The notes under the pieces were generated by a model, which did not search any database, was not told where the DNA came from, and saw only the letters and a list, made by a program, of their open reading frames with translations. This document shows positions 16,624 to 26,888 of a stretch of DNA of 64,000 nucleotides, one piece after another; position 1 is the stretch's first letter; every line of letters starts with the position of its first letter. The position numbers were made by a program, and so were the translations under genes. The DNA is from Ignavibacteriales bacterium (lineage in GTDB: Bacteria; Bacteroidota; Ignavibacteria; UBA10030; UBA6906), in contig JBBIRR010000013.1 in the NCBI GenBank assembly GCA_037441705.1, forward strand, positions 14,073 to 78,072, written 5' to 3'.

Positions 16624-19050
16624 TTATCCGAACTTCTTCACCTTCTTTGCGTACAGCGTGAGCTGTTTGTCCACGCGTGCATGGACGAATGCAGCAGGTT
16701 TGCTGAAGAGAATCTCGATCCCTTCATCGATTGTGTTGATGCTGTAGATGTGGAACTTTTTCTGCCTGACCGCTTCAACGACATCGTGACGCAGCATCAG
16801 GTCGTCTGCATTCTTGCGGGGAATCAGCACGCCCTGCGTGCCGGTCAATCCCCGCGCCTTGCAGACATCAAAGAATCCCTCGATTTTCTGGTTCACGCCT
16901 CCGATCGGCTGGATGTTGCCTGCCTGATCAACCGAGCCGGTGACCGCGAGGTCCTGACGGATCGGGAGGCCGGAGAGGCTGGAGAGCAACGCATACACTT
17001 CGGTGGACGCGGCGCTGTCACCTTCCACGCCCGAGTACGATTGTTCGAATGCGATGCTTGCGGTGAGAACAAGGGGTTTGTTTTTCGCGTAGCGATCGCG
17101 CAAGTATCCTGAGAGGATCAGCACGCCTTTGTTATGCGTCGGGCCGCTCAACTCGGCTTCGCGCTCAATGTTCACGATGCCGCCCCTGCCCATGGCCGTC
17201 TTCGCCGTTATGCGCGAGGGTTTCCCGAACGCATACCCGCTCGTCTCATAGATCGAAAGTCCGTTCACCTGCCCAACAACCGCGCCCTGCGTATCGACGC
17301 GCAGCGTGCCGTCGAGAATCATCTCCTGAATCTTTTCCTCTAACAGTCGCACGCGCTCAATTCGTTCATCTATCGCTTTGCGGACATGCGCGGCGGTGAC
17401 CGCTTCGGCGCGTTCTTTTCGCGCCCAGTAATCCGACTCGCGGATGAGATCGGCGATCACCGTAAACCGGGTGGAGAGTTTGTTTTGCCGACCGGCGAGG
17501 CGCGCGCCGTATTCCACCACCTCGCTCATCGCTGTGCGATCGAACGGCAGCAAATGCTCGTCGCTGCAGACCCGCTTGATGAACGAGACATAGCTGGCAA
17601 TGGCCTGCCCCACATTCGGCATCTCGGTATCAAAATCCGCGCGGATTTTGAAAATCTTCTTGAAGTCATCGTCCAATTCATACAGCAACGAGTAGGTGTA
17701 CGGGTCGCCGATCATGAGGACTTTGACGTTGACCTCGATCGGCTCGGGCTTCAGTGCGAGGTAGGAGCCAAACAGTCCCGACTCGGGCGGCTGGATATCC
17801 AGCTGGCGATGGCGCAACACGCGCTTGAGCGACGTCCACACGCCCGGCTCGACCAACGCGTCTTCGGCGTTCAGCACAAGGTAGCCGCCATCAGCTTTCA
17901 GGAGCGAGCCGGCTTTGATGTGGGTGAAATCCGACCGCCACACGCCGTTGCGATCAACCACGCGCTCGATCGTCCCGAACAGGTTCTTGTACCGCGGGTT
18001 GGTTTCGATGATAACCGGCCGGCCTTTCACCGCGCTGTTATCCACAATCACGTTCACCTGAAATTCCAGGAACTGATCTTCTTCGCGCTGAACGCCGACA
18101 CCAAGAACACCGGGCTGTTCCTCACGCGGCGTGAACCGGTGCACGTTGTTCAGCACGTGCTCTTTGACTTCCTGAAGGTATTCATGCACATCGCGATTGT
18201 CATATTTCTCTTCGAGGTCGGCAACCAACTCCTCAACGAGAGGTACGACGGTTCGATAGGTCAACTGCTCGGCCGATTTTTTTGCTTTGCGTTCGATGTT
18301 GCGCATTTCCCGCATGACATTGTCGAGGAGTCGTTCCAGCTCCGCCTGGTCTGCCGCAATCTGCTCGAAACGTTCTTTCGACATCTCACCCGCTAGGACC
18401 TTCGCGTGGAGTTGATCGAGCGTAACAGGGTTGCCGTCCTCCACCGGAGCAATCTCCGGGCGCGTTACAACACCGGACTGCACCTGAACCACCTCGAAGC
18501 CGCGTTCCTTCACTTTGCGCTCCAGGTCGCGAAGCACGCTGCGCTGGCGCTCCTGAAAATGTTCGAGGGTCTGTTTCCGCTGTTCGTGGTACCGGCGGCT
18601 TTCAAAGAGCGCGGGGATGCCTTTGACCAACTCATTCAAGAAGGTTTCCATATCCTTCTTGAAGGCGCCGCCTTGACCGGCCGGAAGAATGATCATGCGC
18701 GGCGAGTCCGGATCGCGGAAATGGTAGACGTAACACTTGTCCGTAAGCTGAGCCGGAAGCTGCTCGAACTCCCGCAGCAACTGCTTGATGGTTGTCGTTC
18801 GGCCCGTGCCCGACGCACCGGTCACAAACACGTTGTAGCCCTGCTGCATCATCTCCAGCCCGACACGCAGCGCGCGCAGCGCGCGCTCCTGGCCGATGAT
18901 CTCGGTCACCGGCTCAACTTCTTCGGCCGCCGCCCCGCCAAGCCCGTTGGGGTCACATCGCCAGCGCAATTGCTCCGGGCGAAGTTCGAAGCGGAATGGT
19001 GAACGTGCATGAGGAGATCTGTGTCTGCGGAACGGTTGACGTCGAGCCAT
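16624..19050 (-). CDS. LonC/LonB-type (YcbZ-like) Lon-family serine protease with AAA-like and coiled-coil regions
   Basis: IIGQERA, GASGTGRTT, AGSLLKADGGYL, GQVNGLS, EQSYSGVEGDSA (Ser), IGGVNQKIEGFF (Lys). Likely ATG at 19050 overlapping the rodA stop (TAATG). Confidence 0.9.
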   Translation of the reverse strand: MARRQPFRRHRSPHARSPFRFELRPEQLRWRCDPNGLGGAAAEEVEPVTEIIGQERALRALRVGLEMMQQGYNVFVTGASGTGRTTTIKQLLREFEQLPAQLTDKCYVYHFRDPDSPRMIILPAGQGGAFKKDMETFLNELVKGIPALFESRRYHEQRKQTLEHFQERQRSVLRDLERKVKERGFEVVQVQSGVVTRPEIAPVEDGNPVTLDQLHAKVLAGEMSKERFEQIAADQAELERLLDNVMREMRNIERKAKKSAEQLTYRTVVPLVEELVADLEEKYDNRDVHEYLQEVKEHVLNNVHRFTPREEQPGVLGVGVQREEDQFLEFQVNVIVDNSAVKGRPVIIETNPRYKNLFGTIERVVDRNGVWRSDFTHIKAGSLLKADGGYLVLNAEDALVEPGVWTSLKRVLRHRQLDIQPPESGLFGSYLALKPEPIEVNVKVLMIGDPYTYSLLYELDDDFKKIFKIRADFDTEMPNVGQAIASYVSFIKRVCSDEHLLPFDRTAMSEVVEYGARLAGRQNKLSTRFTVIADLIRESDYWARKERAEAVTAAHVRKAIDERIERVRLLEEKIQEMILDGTLRVDTQGAVVGQVNGLSIYETSGYAFGKPSRITAKTAMGRGGIVNIEREAELSGPTHNKGVLILSGYLRDRYAKNKPLVLTASIAFEQSYSGVEGDSAASTEVYALLSSLSGLPIRQDLAVTGSVDQAGNIQPIGGVNQKIEGFFDVCKARGLTGTQGVLIPRKNADDLMLRHDVVEAVRQKKFHIYSINTIDEGIEILFSKPAAFVHARVDKQLTLYAKKVKKFG

Positions 19051-20267
19051 TAGTATTCTTTGCGATGAGCGTAGAGGTTCAATAGCAGTCCGATCATGAT
19101 CATGTCGGCCACAAGGGCAGACCCGCCGTAGCTGAGGAAGGGCAGAGGGACGCCGACCACCGGCGTCAACCCCAGCGCCATGCCGATGTTGATGAAGATG
19201 TGTGTCGCGAAAACTCCCGTAATGCCAACGGCAACGAAACTTGCGTACGCGTTTTTTACGATCGAAGCAATTCGAATGCCGCTGTAGAGGAGGAGGCCGA
19301 ACAACAGCAGAATGCCTGCCGCGCCGACAAACCCGAGTTCTTCTCCGGGGACACAGAAAATAAAGTCGGTCCACTGTGCCGGAATGAAATTCAGCTGCGT
19401 CTGCGTTCCCTGGAGGTATCCTTTGCCGAAGAACCCTCCCGAGCCAATCGCGATCTTCGACTGCAGGACGTTATATCCTGCCCCGAGTGGGTCGGCGTTT
19501 GGATCGAGGAAGGTCTCGATCCTCTTCTGCTGATACGGCCGGAGTTGGCTGTGGATGGACTGTACCGAAATCCCCACCAACACAATGACGGAAAACAGGA
19601 CGGCGGCGGAAATCGTGTTGTGCTTCGTTATCCACAGCAGGATGCCGAGCACGACAACGCTGATGAGAAAGGTCGTGGGACCGATGAGCGCCGCGATGGC
19701 AACGACCCCCGGCGAGAGCAGAGCAAGAATAGTGAACAACGATGACCCTCCCCAATACAACACCGGCAGTAACATGCCGAAGAAGATCATCGCCGTTCCC
19801 ATATCCGGCTGCTTGAGAATCAACGCAACCGGTACGAGGACGATCGCTACGGGAATCAGGATATCTTTTGTCCGAGAAAGCTGCACGTCGCTGCGCGAGA
19901 GATACACTGCCAGCGCGAGGACGGTTGCAACCTTTGCAAACTCGGCAGGCTGTACGCTGAAGGGTCCAACCTGCAACCAGCTCTGCGAGCCGGACACCTG
20001 CTTGCCGATGAGCAGCACCGTGACAAGCATGAGAATGGCCAGGAAGTACACAGGCAGTGAAATCCGCTGCAGGGTTCGCAAGGGCGTCAGCGCAGCAGCC
20101 ACCAGGAGGACCACGCCGATCCCTGTTGCCACGAGCTGCTTGAAGAACAGCTCCGACATCTTTGCATCGAACGTTGCGCTGTAGATCGAAATCAACCCCA
20201 TGATCGCGAGGCCGACCGCGGCGATCAGGGTCGGCGCATCAACCCGCTCTCGCAGAAACGTCGTCAT
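19050..20267 (-). CDS. rodA: Rod shape-determining SEDS glycosyltransferase
   Basis: QPAEFAK, QPDMGT, YQQKRI, QSKIAIGSGG, PAQWTDFIF, LPFLSYGGS. Confidence 0.96.
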   Translation of the reverse strand: MTTFLRERVDAPTLIAAVGLAIMGLISIYSATFDAKMSELFFKQLVATGIGVVLLVAAALTPLRTLQRISLPVYFLAILMLVTVLLIGKQVSGSQSWLQVGPFSVQPAEFAKVATVLALAVYLSRSDVQLSRTKDILIPVAIVLVPVALILKQPDMGTAMIFFGMLLPVLYWGGSSLFTILALLSPGVVAIAALIGPTTFLISVVVLGILLWITKHNTISAAVLFSVIVLVGISVQSIHSQLRPYQQKRIETFLDPNADPLGAGYNVLQSKIAIGSGGFFGKGYLQGTQTQLNFIPAQWTDFIFCVPGEELGFVGAAGILLLFGLLLYSGIRIASIVKNAYASFVAVGITGVFATHIFINIGMALGLTPVVGVPLPFLSYGGSALVADMIMIGLLLNLYAHRKEY

Positions 20268-20268
20268 C

Positions 20269-22152
20269 TCAGTCTGCCCCTCCGTTCAAAGGTTCCGGCG
20301 GCGTGGCTGCCGCGTGAGCAGCTCGGCGATGCGTTACGCTGGTATCGCGCGCCTGCACGTCACGGGGCATTCCATCGTTGCGGATGAGGCGCCCGTACAG
20401 ATACTTCTCGATACACATCCCCGCAATCGGCGCTGCGAAGCGTCCGCCGAAGCCCGCGTTTTCCACCAACACGGCGACGGCAATCTTTGGATTGTCAAAC
20501 GGAGCAAAGCCGATGTACCAAGCATGATCATCGCCGTGCGGGTTCTGCGCCGTGCCGGTCTTTCCGGCACTCACGATCCCCCTGACGCGTGCGTTGGCAG
20601 CAGTTCCGCCGGGCTCTTGCACCACACGACGCATCCCCTCACGCACATACGACCACGTTTCTTCCGAACACTGAATCTCGCGCCGCAGTACCGGCGGAAG
20701 CACTTTCGTCGTGTCGTGAATGCGGTCCACAAGTTTGGCCACAGTGTGCGGCTGATAGAACTTCCCTTTGTTGGCAAGCAGCATCGCGTAGCACGCCATC
20801 TGGATCGGCGTCACACCCAACTCGCCCTGCCCGATGCCGAGACTGACGAGAAAGCCGCGCGTCCATCCGCGCTCGCCGTAGCGCCTGTTCATGAACTCCG
20901 TGGTGGGAAGCAGGCCGGGACTTTCCTCCGAGATGTCCAGACCCGTCTGCTGCCCGAAGCCGAACAGCGCCGCATATTCCGACCATGTGTCGAGGCCGAC
21001 TTGCAGCATGAGTTTGTAAAAGAACACGTTGCACGAGACCTGAATTGCCTCGATCACGTTGACCGAACCGTGGACGTGCAGGTCCTTAAAAACTTTGTTC
21101 CCAAAAACAAACGCGCCCGTGCATTGCATGCGCGTGTTCGGAGTAATGATGCCTTTCTCGAGCGCTGCAACAGCGAGTACCATCTTGAAGGTTGAACCGG
21201 GCGGGTAGCGCGTGAGCGTTGCGCGATTGAACAGCGGCCGATCGGGATCGGTATTCAAGTCGCGCCACAACTCCTTTGGCGTGATGCCGCTGAGACCGGC
21301 CAGCGGAAAGTCCGGCTTGCTGACGAACGCGAGAATGCCCCCGTCGGTTGGATCAAGGGCAACCAACGCGCCGCGCTTATCGGCAAACAACGACTCTGCA
21401 AACTCCTGCAGCGAAAAGTCCATCGTGAGGTAGAGATCGTTACCGTCAACGGCCGGGCGGTTCGCGCGCCCCCCGTCGAACCTCTTCACAATCTGCCCGC
21501 GGGCATTGACGGTGCTGTACTCCGCCCCCTTCTTGCCGCGAATGGCCCACTCGTAGCGGGCCTCCAGACCCGTCGCACCGGTAATGTCTCCCTGCGAGTA
21601 CTCTTGCGGGTCGAGCATTTTCAGTTTCTCTTCAGAGACTTCACGTGTGTAGCCGAGGATGTGCGACGCGGAGGCTTTCGTCGGATACGTGCGCATGGAC
21701 TCGATCTGGTAGTCAACGCCGGGGAGACGCGTGTAATTCTCTTCGATCGTCGCTACCGTCTTCACATCCACGTCGCGCTTGACGCGCACCGGAACGAAGC
21801 GCGAATACTGTGCCCCTTTCCGAATGCGCTCGTCCAATGCTTGTTCGGACATCTCGAGAAGACGCGCCAGGTACGGAAGGTTCGCCCGATCGAACTCGTA
21901 CGGCATCACCGTCACCGTGAACGAGGGACGGTTGTCCACCACCAGCCGCCCCTGCCGGTCGTAGATGTAGCCGCGGATCGGCTCCTTGGGAATGATGCGC
22001 ACGCTGTTCTCTTCTGCCTGCTGCCCGTATTGCTCTCCATACAACCATTGCAGCTGAATCAGTCGAGCGAACAACACGACAAACACAGCGGAGAAGACGA
22101 CATACATCACCCGCCGCTTTTGATGGACAAGCATGTCATCAAGAACGGGCAT
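20269..22152 (-). CDS. mrdA: Penicillin-binding protein 2
   Basis: N-terminal TM; RGYIYDR; YPPGSTFK (SxxK), SCN, KTGTAQ. Confidence 0.96.
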   Translation of the reverse strand: MPVLDDMLVHQKRRVMYVVFSAVFVVLFARLIQLQWLYGEQYGQQAEENSVRIIPKEPIRGYIYDRQGRLVVDNRPSFTVTVMPYEFDRANLPYLARLLEMSEQALDERIRKGAQYSRFVPVRVKRDVDVKTVATIEENYTRLPGVDYQIESMRTYPTKASASHILGYTREVSEEKLKMLDPQEYSQGDITGATGLEARYEWAIRGKKGAEYSTVNARGQIVKRFDGGRANRPAVDGNDLYLTMDFSLQEFAESLFADKRGALVALDPTDGGILAFVSKPDFPLAGLSGITPKELWRDLNTDPDRPLFNRATLTRYPPGSTFKMVLAVAALEKGIITPNTRMQCTGAFVFGNKVFKDLHVHGSVNVIEAIQVSCNVFFYKLMLQVGLDTWSEYAALFGFGQQTGLDISEESPGLLPTTEFMNRRYGERGWTRGFLVSLGIGQGELGVTPIQMACYAMLLANKGKFYQPHTVAKLVDRIHDTTKVLPPVLRREIQCSEETWSYVREGMRRVVQEPGGTAANARVRGIVSAGKTGTAQNPHGDDHAWYIGFAPFDNPKIAVAVLVENAGFGGRFAAPIAGMCIEKYLYGRLIRNDGMPRDVQARDTSVTHRRAAHAAATPPEPLNGGAD

Positions 22153-22155
22153 GCG

Positions 22156-22644
22156 CTACTGATACCTCCTGCGAAACAAAGACATGGGTATGATGGCCAG
22201 AGCTGTGGTGTAAAGCGTCGAAGGGATGCCATGCCAGGCAATCGCCTGCCACCAGCCGACATCGCTGCCGCGAAGAAAGATAAGGAAATAGATTGCATTA
22301 TGCAGCAAGGCGGCAAGTCCTACAGCCACAACAAATCGCGCCGACGAGAGCGTTTGTTCGATCTTATTTTCTTGATAAAAATATCCTGCGAGGAATCCTG
22401 CAAGGGATTTCGACAGCGCGGCAAGTCCCAACATCCCATCATGCCCGCTCAGGAGATCCATCAGGAGACCGATGCTGAAACCGACCAGCGTCGCTGGAAT
22501 CTGACCGAACTGAATTGCTAGATACACAACCCAGATCAACAGCACATCGGGCACGGCGGTACCGAGCGTGACAGTATTGACCAGCGTTGTATGCAGGAGG
22601 ACGAGAAGAACCGAGATAGAACCAACAGAGAAGACCCGCCGCAT
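22156..22644 (-). CDS. mreD: Rod shape-determining protein MreD
   Basis: Hydrophobic 162 aa with GLLMDL; lies between mreC and mrdA. Confidence 0.9.
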   Translation of the reverse strand: MRRVFSVGSISVLLVLLHTTLVNTVTLGTAVPDVLLIWVVYLAIQFGQIPATLVGFSIGLLMDLLSGHDGMLGLAALSKSLAGFLAGYFYQENKIEQTLSSARFVVAVGLAALLHNAIYFLIFLRGSDVGWWQAIAWHGIPSTLYTTALAIIPMSLFRRRYQ

Positions 22645-22648
22645 GGGG

Positions 22649-23476
22649 CTACTTCATGCGTTGTTCAAGAGCGACACGCGAGGAATCGGGCACGCGGGTT
22701 ATGACGAATACTTCTTCCATCCGGGAAAAGTCCACCGCCGGTGTGACCTCGATCGTGTGAAAGAGCGCGCCTTGTTCCAGCGTGACTCGGGAAACAATCC
22801 CGATCCGGATTCCCGGAGGGAAAATGCTGCTGTAGGGAGACGTGACAACAACATCCCCCGGCTTGACGTTTGCCGAGCGCGGGGTGTTCTTCATCCGCAA
22901 GATCCGATCGTCGCCGTCCCAATAAACGATGCCGTCGACGCGCTCGCGTTCGACCTGGGCGCTCACACGAACATCTTTGTGGTGCAGAATCTGAGCGACC
23001 GAGTAACCATCGCTGGTGGCGGCAATCTTCCCCACAAGCCCGGCATCGGTCACCACGGCCATGTTCTGCTTCACGCCGTCGCGTTCTCCCACATCCAGCG
23101 TAATCGTCGTCCGCATCGGCTGCGCATTTTTGCCGACGACGTTGGCGGCAACGTAGGTGAAGGGGAGGCGGTCCTTCAATCCCAGAAGCCGCCGGAGGCG
23201 GAAGTTTTCGAGTTTCGCTTCGCGCAGCAGGCTGACTTCGTTGGCAAGCTGGACGTTGCGCTCGCGCAGAACTGAGTTCTCGCGCTGCAGCGCCAGAACA
23301 TTTGGAATAAGACTGAGCACCTGCTGCAGTATTCCGATACCGGCGATCGCTGCAGAGCGCAGCTCACGAATCTGCGGCGTGTTGTTCATCGCGAGGAGGT
23401 TCAACGAGACGACGATGCACGCGGCAAGCGTGACGTACTCCTTGAACGTCGAGAAGATGTTACGCAGGATGTTCAA
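22649..23476 (-). CDS. mreC: Rod shape-determining protein MreC
   Basis: TM plus coiled coil (ENFRLRRLL); GLVGKI, GDVVVTS, IFPPGIRIG. TTG start overlaps the mreB stop. Confidence 0.94.
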   Translation of the reverse strand: MNILRNIFSTFKEYVTLAACIVVSLNLLAMNNTPQIRELRSAAIAGIGILQQVLSLIPNVLALQRENSVLRERNVQLANEVSLLREAKLENFRLRRLLGLKDRLPFTYVAANVVGKNAQPMRTTITLDVGERDGVKQNMAVVTDAGLVGKIAATSDGYSVAQILHHKDVRVSAQVERERVDGIVYWDGDDRILRMKNTPRSANVKPGDVVVTSPYSSIFPPGIRIGIVSRVTLEQGALFHTIEVTPAVDFSRMEEVFVITRVPDSSRVALEQRMK

Positions 23477-24498
23477 TAGCGGCGACTCTTGATAAGAACT
23501 TTCGCGTAGCGATTCAGGTTTTCCAGGACGATGCCCGTGCCGCGCACAACGGCACTGAGGGGGTCTTCCGAGACGTGCACGGGCAAACTGGTTTCCAGTC
23601 GGAGGCGTTCGTCCAGGCCACGCAGAAGGGCGCCGCCGCCGCTGAGCATGATGCCGCGGTCAAGAATGTCGGCCGCGAGTTCGGGCGGCGTCCGCTCGAG
23701 CGTCTGTTTGATCGCATCCACCATCGCCTGAACCGGCTCGGCAAGCGCCTCGCGGATTTCCACCGAGCTTGCTTCGGTGATCTTCGGGATGCCGTTAACC
23801 AGATCCCGCCCCTTCACGCGGATGGTGATCTCTTCCTTCAGCGGCATGGCCGAGCCGACTTCCTTCTTGATGGCTTCGGCCGTCCGCTCACCGACAAGGA
23901 TGTTGTGATTTTTCTTGAAGAACTGAATGATGGCGTTGTTCATCTCATCGCCGGCAACCCGAATGGACTCTTCGTTGACGATGCCCGAGAGTGCGATGAC
24001 GGCAATCTCCGTTGTGCCTCCTCCGATGTCCACGATCATGTTGCCCACGGCTGCTTCCACATCCAGCCCCACGCCGATGGCGGCGGCCATAGGCTCGGCG
24101 ATCAAGTGCACTTCTTTGGCGCCGGCGTGCTCGGCCGAATCCCGCACGGCGCGCTTCTCCACTTCCGTCACGCCGCTGGGCACACAGATGACGATGCGGC
24201 GGCTGGGCATCCAGTTCGCGTTGATCTTCTTGATAAACTCGCGCAGCATCCCTTCGGCGATCTCGAAATCGGCAATCACGCCGTCCTTCATCGGACGGAT
24301 GGTGCGGATATCGCGGTGCGTGCGTCCGAGCATCTCCTGTGCTTCCTTACCGATGGCCACGATCTTTTTCGTGTTTCGATCGAAGGCCACAATCGAAGGC
24401 TCGTTCAGCACGATGCCCTTGCCCTTCTGATAGATGAGTGTATTGGCGGTGCCAAGATCAATCGCCAGGTCGGCGGAAAAGAAGCCGAAGATGCCCAT
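23473..24498 (-). CDS. mreB: Actin-like rod shape protein MreB
   Basis: [43 protein letters not shown]. Confidence 0.98.
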   Translation of the reverse strand: MGIFGFFSADLAIDLGTANTLIYQKGKGIVLNEPSIVAFDRNTKKIVAIGKEAQEMLGRTHRDIRTIRPMKDGVIADFEIAEGMLREFIKKINANWMPSRRIVICVPSGVTEVEKRAVRDSAEHAGAKEVHLIAEPMAAAIGVGLDVEAAVGNMIVDIGGGTTEIAVIALSGIVNEESIRVAGDEMNNAIIQFFKKNHNILVGERTAEAIKKEVGSAMPLKEEITIRVKGRDLVNGIPKITEASSVEIREALAEPVQAMVDAIKQTLERTPPELAADILDRGIMLSGGGALLRGLDERLRLETSLPVHVSEDPLSAVVRGTGIVLENLNRYAKVLIKSRRY

Positions 24499-24534
24499 GA
24501 ATGCTCTCTATAACGTAAGGAATGATTCGAAACT

Positions 24535-26076
24535 TCAATGCCTGAAATGCCGCACGCCCGTAAACACCATTGCCACGTCGTGCTTGTCGGCCGCGGCGAT
24601 CACTTCTTCATCGCGCACCGAGCCGCCGGGTTGAATCACGCACGTCGAGCCGGCGTGGATGGCTTCAAGCAACCCATCGGCAAAGGGGAAGAACGCGTCG
24701 GATGCGACGGCCGTCCCTTCCACACTCAGCCCCATCTCCGCGGCTTTCCACGCTGCAAGCCGCGCAGCATCGACGCGTGACATTTGGCCCGCTCCGATGC
24801 CGATCGTCCTATCGGCGTGCGCGTACACGATGGCGTTGGACTTCACGTGCTTTGCCACCCGCCACGCGAAGGCCATCGCGCGCTGCTCCTCCGGCGTCGG
24901 TTTCCGTTTGGTGACCACCCGTGCACTCTGCACCTCGTTGCGCCACTCATCGGGATCTTGAACCAACACACCCCCCGGAACGCTGCGGATATCGGGCGCG
25001 TGAACCGCACGAAGATCTGCATGGAGACGGATCACCCGCCGGTCTTTCTTTTTCTGCAAAAACTCCAGCACGCCGTTAGCGAACGAGGGCGCAACAATCA
25101 CCTCCGTGAAAATCTCGTTTATCATTTCCGCAGCTTCCATGTCGAGTTCTTTGTTCAGGGCAACGATGCCTCCGAAGGCGCTTTTCGTGTCGGTGGCAAA
25201 CGCCTTCGCATACGCCTCGGCGATCGTCTGCGCGGAACCGACACCACACGGGTTGGTGTGTTTGATGATGGCAACGGTCGGCTCATCGAATTCCGCGACA
25301 AGCCGCGCAGCAGCCGTGCAATCCACAATATTGTTGTACGAAAGTTCCTTCCCGTGCAGCTTCTCGAACATGGAGGTAAAACTCCCGTAGAGCACGGCGC
25401 GCTGATGCGGATTCTCGCCGTATCGGAGTTCCTGATCTTTTCGCAGCGCAAGATGAAAAACATCAGGAAAGGAATCCGGGCGGCCCCTGAGCGTGTCGAG
25501 ATAGCCGGCGACGACGGAATCGTACGCCGCAGTGTGGCGGAACGCTTCGCGCGCCAGATCGAAACACGTTTCCTCCGACAGCGTGCAGTGGCTCGCCTTC
25601 ATTTCCGCGATAACGGGGTCGTAACGATCCGGATTGACAATCACTGCCTTGTGCCGAAAATTCTTCGCGGCTGCGCGCAGCATAGCGGGCCCACCGATAT
25701 CAATCTGCTCGAGCGCATCGTCCAGGCTCACATCGGCACGTGCCACCGTTCGCTCGAACGGATACAGATTGACCACCACCATGTCAATCGGCTCGATGTG
25801 GAGTTGTTCCAACTGCTTCGTATGCTCGTCGTTGTCGGCAACGGCCAGCAGACCGCCGTAGATTCGCGGGTGGAGTGTCTTGACTCTGCCGTCGAGGATT
25901 TCCGGGAACCCGGTGACATCCGAAACGCGGCGGGCAGAGATCCCCTCTTCCGCAAGCGCCTGATAGGTTCCCCCCGTGGAGATCAACTCAACATTCATAG
26001 CGCGGAGCGCCCGTGCAAAGGCGATGAGACCGCGTTTGTCGGAAACACTGATGAGTGCGCGATGGATGTGCGGCAA
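24535..26076 (-). CDS. purH: Bifunctional AICAR transformylase/IMP cyclohydrolase
   Basis: [45 protein letters not shown]. Confidence 0.97.
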   Translation of the reverse strand: MPHIHRALISVSDKRGLIAFARALRAMNVELISTGGTYQALAEEGISARRVSDVTGFPEILDGRVKTLHPRIYGGLLAVADNDEHTKQLEQLHIEPIDMVVVNLYPFERTVARADVSLDDALEQIDIGGPAMLRAAAKNFRHKAVIVNPDRYDPVIAEMKASHCTLSEETCFDLAREAFRHTAAYDSVVAGYLDTLRGRPDSFPDVFHLALRKDQELRYGENPHQRAVLYGSFTSMFEKLHGKELSYNNIVDCTAAARLVAEFDEPTVAIIKHTNPCGVGSAQTIAEAYAKAFATDTKSAFGGIVALNKELDMEAAEMINEIFTEVIVAPSFANGVLEFLQKKKDRRVIRLHADLRAVHAPDIRSVPGGVLVQDPDEWRNEVQSARVVTKRKPTPEEQRAMAFAWRVAKHVKSNAIVYAHADRTIGIGAGQMSRVDAARLAAWKAAEMGLSVEGTAVASDAFFPFADGLLEAIHAGSTCVIQPGGSVRDEEVIAAADKHDVAMVFTGVRHFRH

Positions 26077-26112
26077 GTCGGTGCTTTCTCTGATGTCGTT
26101 ACTCCAACAGCG

Positions 26113-26718
26113 TTACGAAACAATACCTTCGGCAAATTGTCGCAGAACTTCGGGATACAACTCGTGCTCGATCGTCAGGACGCGAGCGGCCAGCGACTCC
26201 GGCGTGTCGTCGGGCTTGACCTCCACGCGCCGCTGGAGGATGACATCGCCGTGATCGTACTCTTCATCCACGTAATGCACGGAGGCGCCGGAAACTTTCT
26301 CGCCCGCTCTAATCACCGCTTCGTGCACGCGCATACCGTACATCCCCTGCCCGCCAAACTTGGGCAACAGGGCAGGATGAATGTTGATGATGCGACGGCG
26401 GAATTGGTTGATGATCTGCTGAGGCACCCGCTTCATGTACCCTGCCAGCACGATGAAGTTCACATCATAGCTGCGCAGTGTGGCAAGAAGATGGTTCACG
26501 AAGTCAGTGTCGCTGGAGAATTGCTTCTCGCTGATATGTTCTGCGGGAATGCCACTACCACGCGCGATCTCCAGAATCCCGGCGGTGGAGTTGTTGCTGA
26601 TGACCACGCGAATCGCCGCATTCGGGATCGTTCCCCGTTGAATCGCTTGCAGAATCGCCTGAAAGTTCGACCCACGTCCCGACCCAAAGACCGCAATGTT
26701 GAGGAAGCGATTCAACAT
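26113..26718 (-). CDS. purN: Phosphoribosylglycinamide formyltransferase
   Basis: GSGRGSNFQA, LAGYM, NIHPALLP, HYVDEEYDHG. Confidence 0.96.
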   Translation of the reverse strand: MLNRFLNIAVFGSGRGSNFQAILQAIQRGTIPNAAIRVVISNNSTAGILEIARGSGIPAEHISEKQFSSDTDFVNHLLATLRSYDVNFIVLAGYMKRVPQQIINQFRRRIINIHPALLPKFGGQGMYGMRVHEAVIRAGEKVSGASVHYVDEEYDHGDVILQRRVEVKPDDTPESLAARVLTIEHELYPEVLRQFAEGIVS

Positions 26719-26741
26719 CTCCGTTCAAAAAATCCGAGAAA

Positions 26742-26770
26742 AAGGTACACGTATTTTGCTACAGAATCAA
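26742..26770 (-). promoter_or_regulatory. Sigma70-type promoter of the purN-purH-mre operon
   Basis: Minus strand TTGATT-N17-TACCTT. Confidence 0.55.
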
Positions 26771-26799
26771 TAAAACCGCCCGCGGCTAGGAACTTCCAA

Positions 26800-26828
26800 T
26801 TGCATCTGCATGACCTTTCGGTTATATT
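26800..26828 (+). promoter_or_regulatory. Sigma70-type promoter of the PPIase operon (divergent from purN)
   Basis: TTGCAT-N17-TATATT. Confidence 0.65.
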
Positions 26829-26888
26829 TGATGTGCTGCAAAACTCAACATTCGACGACATTTTAGCACGGAAGAGGTTGTTCGGCTT

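Noticed and set aside
19051-19374. N-terminal extensions in the ORF track (LonC, also SSADH 46533, fbp 53051, rfaE1 31103)
   Set aside because: They overlap neighbouring genes or promoters; downstream ATGs with an SD or stop-start coupling fit the families better.
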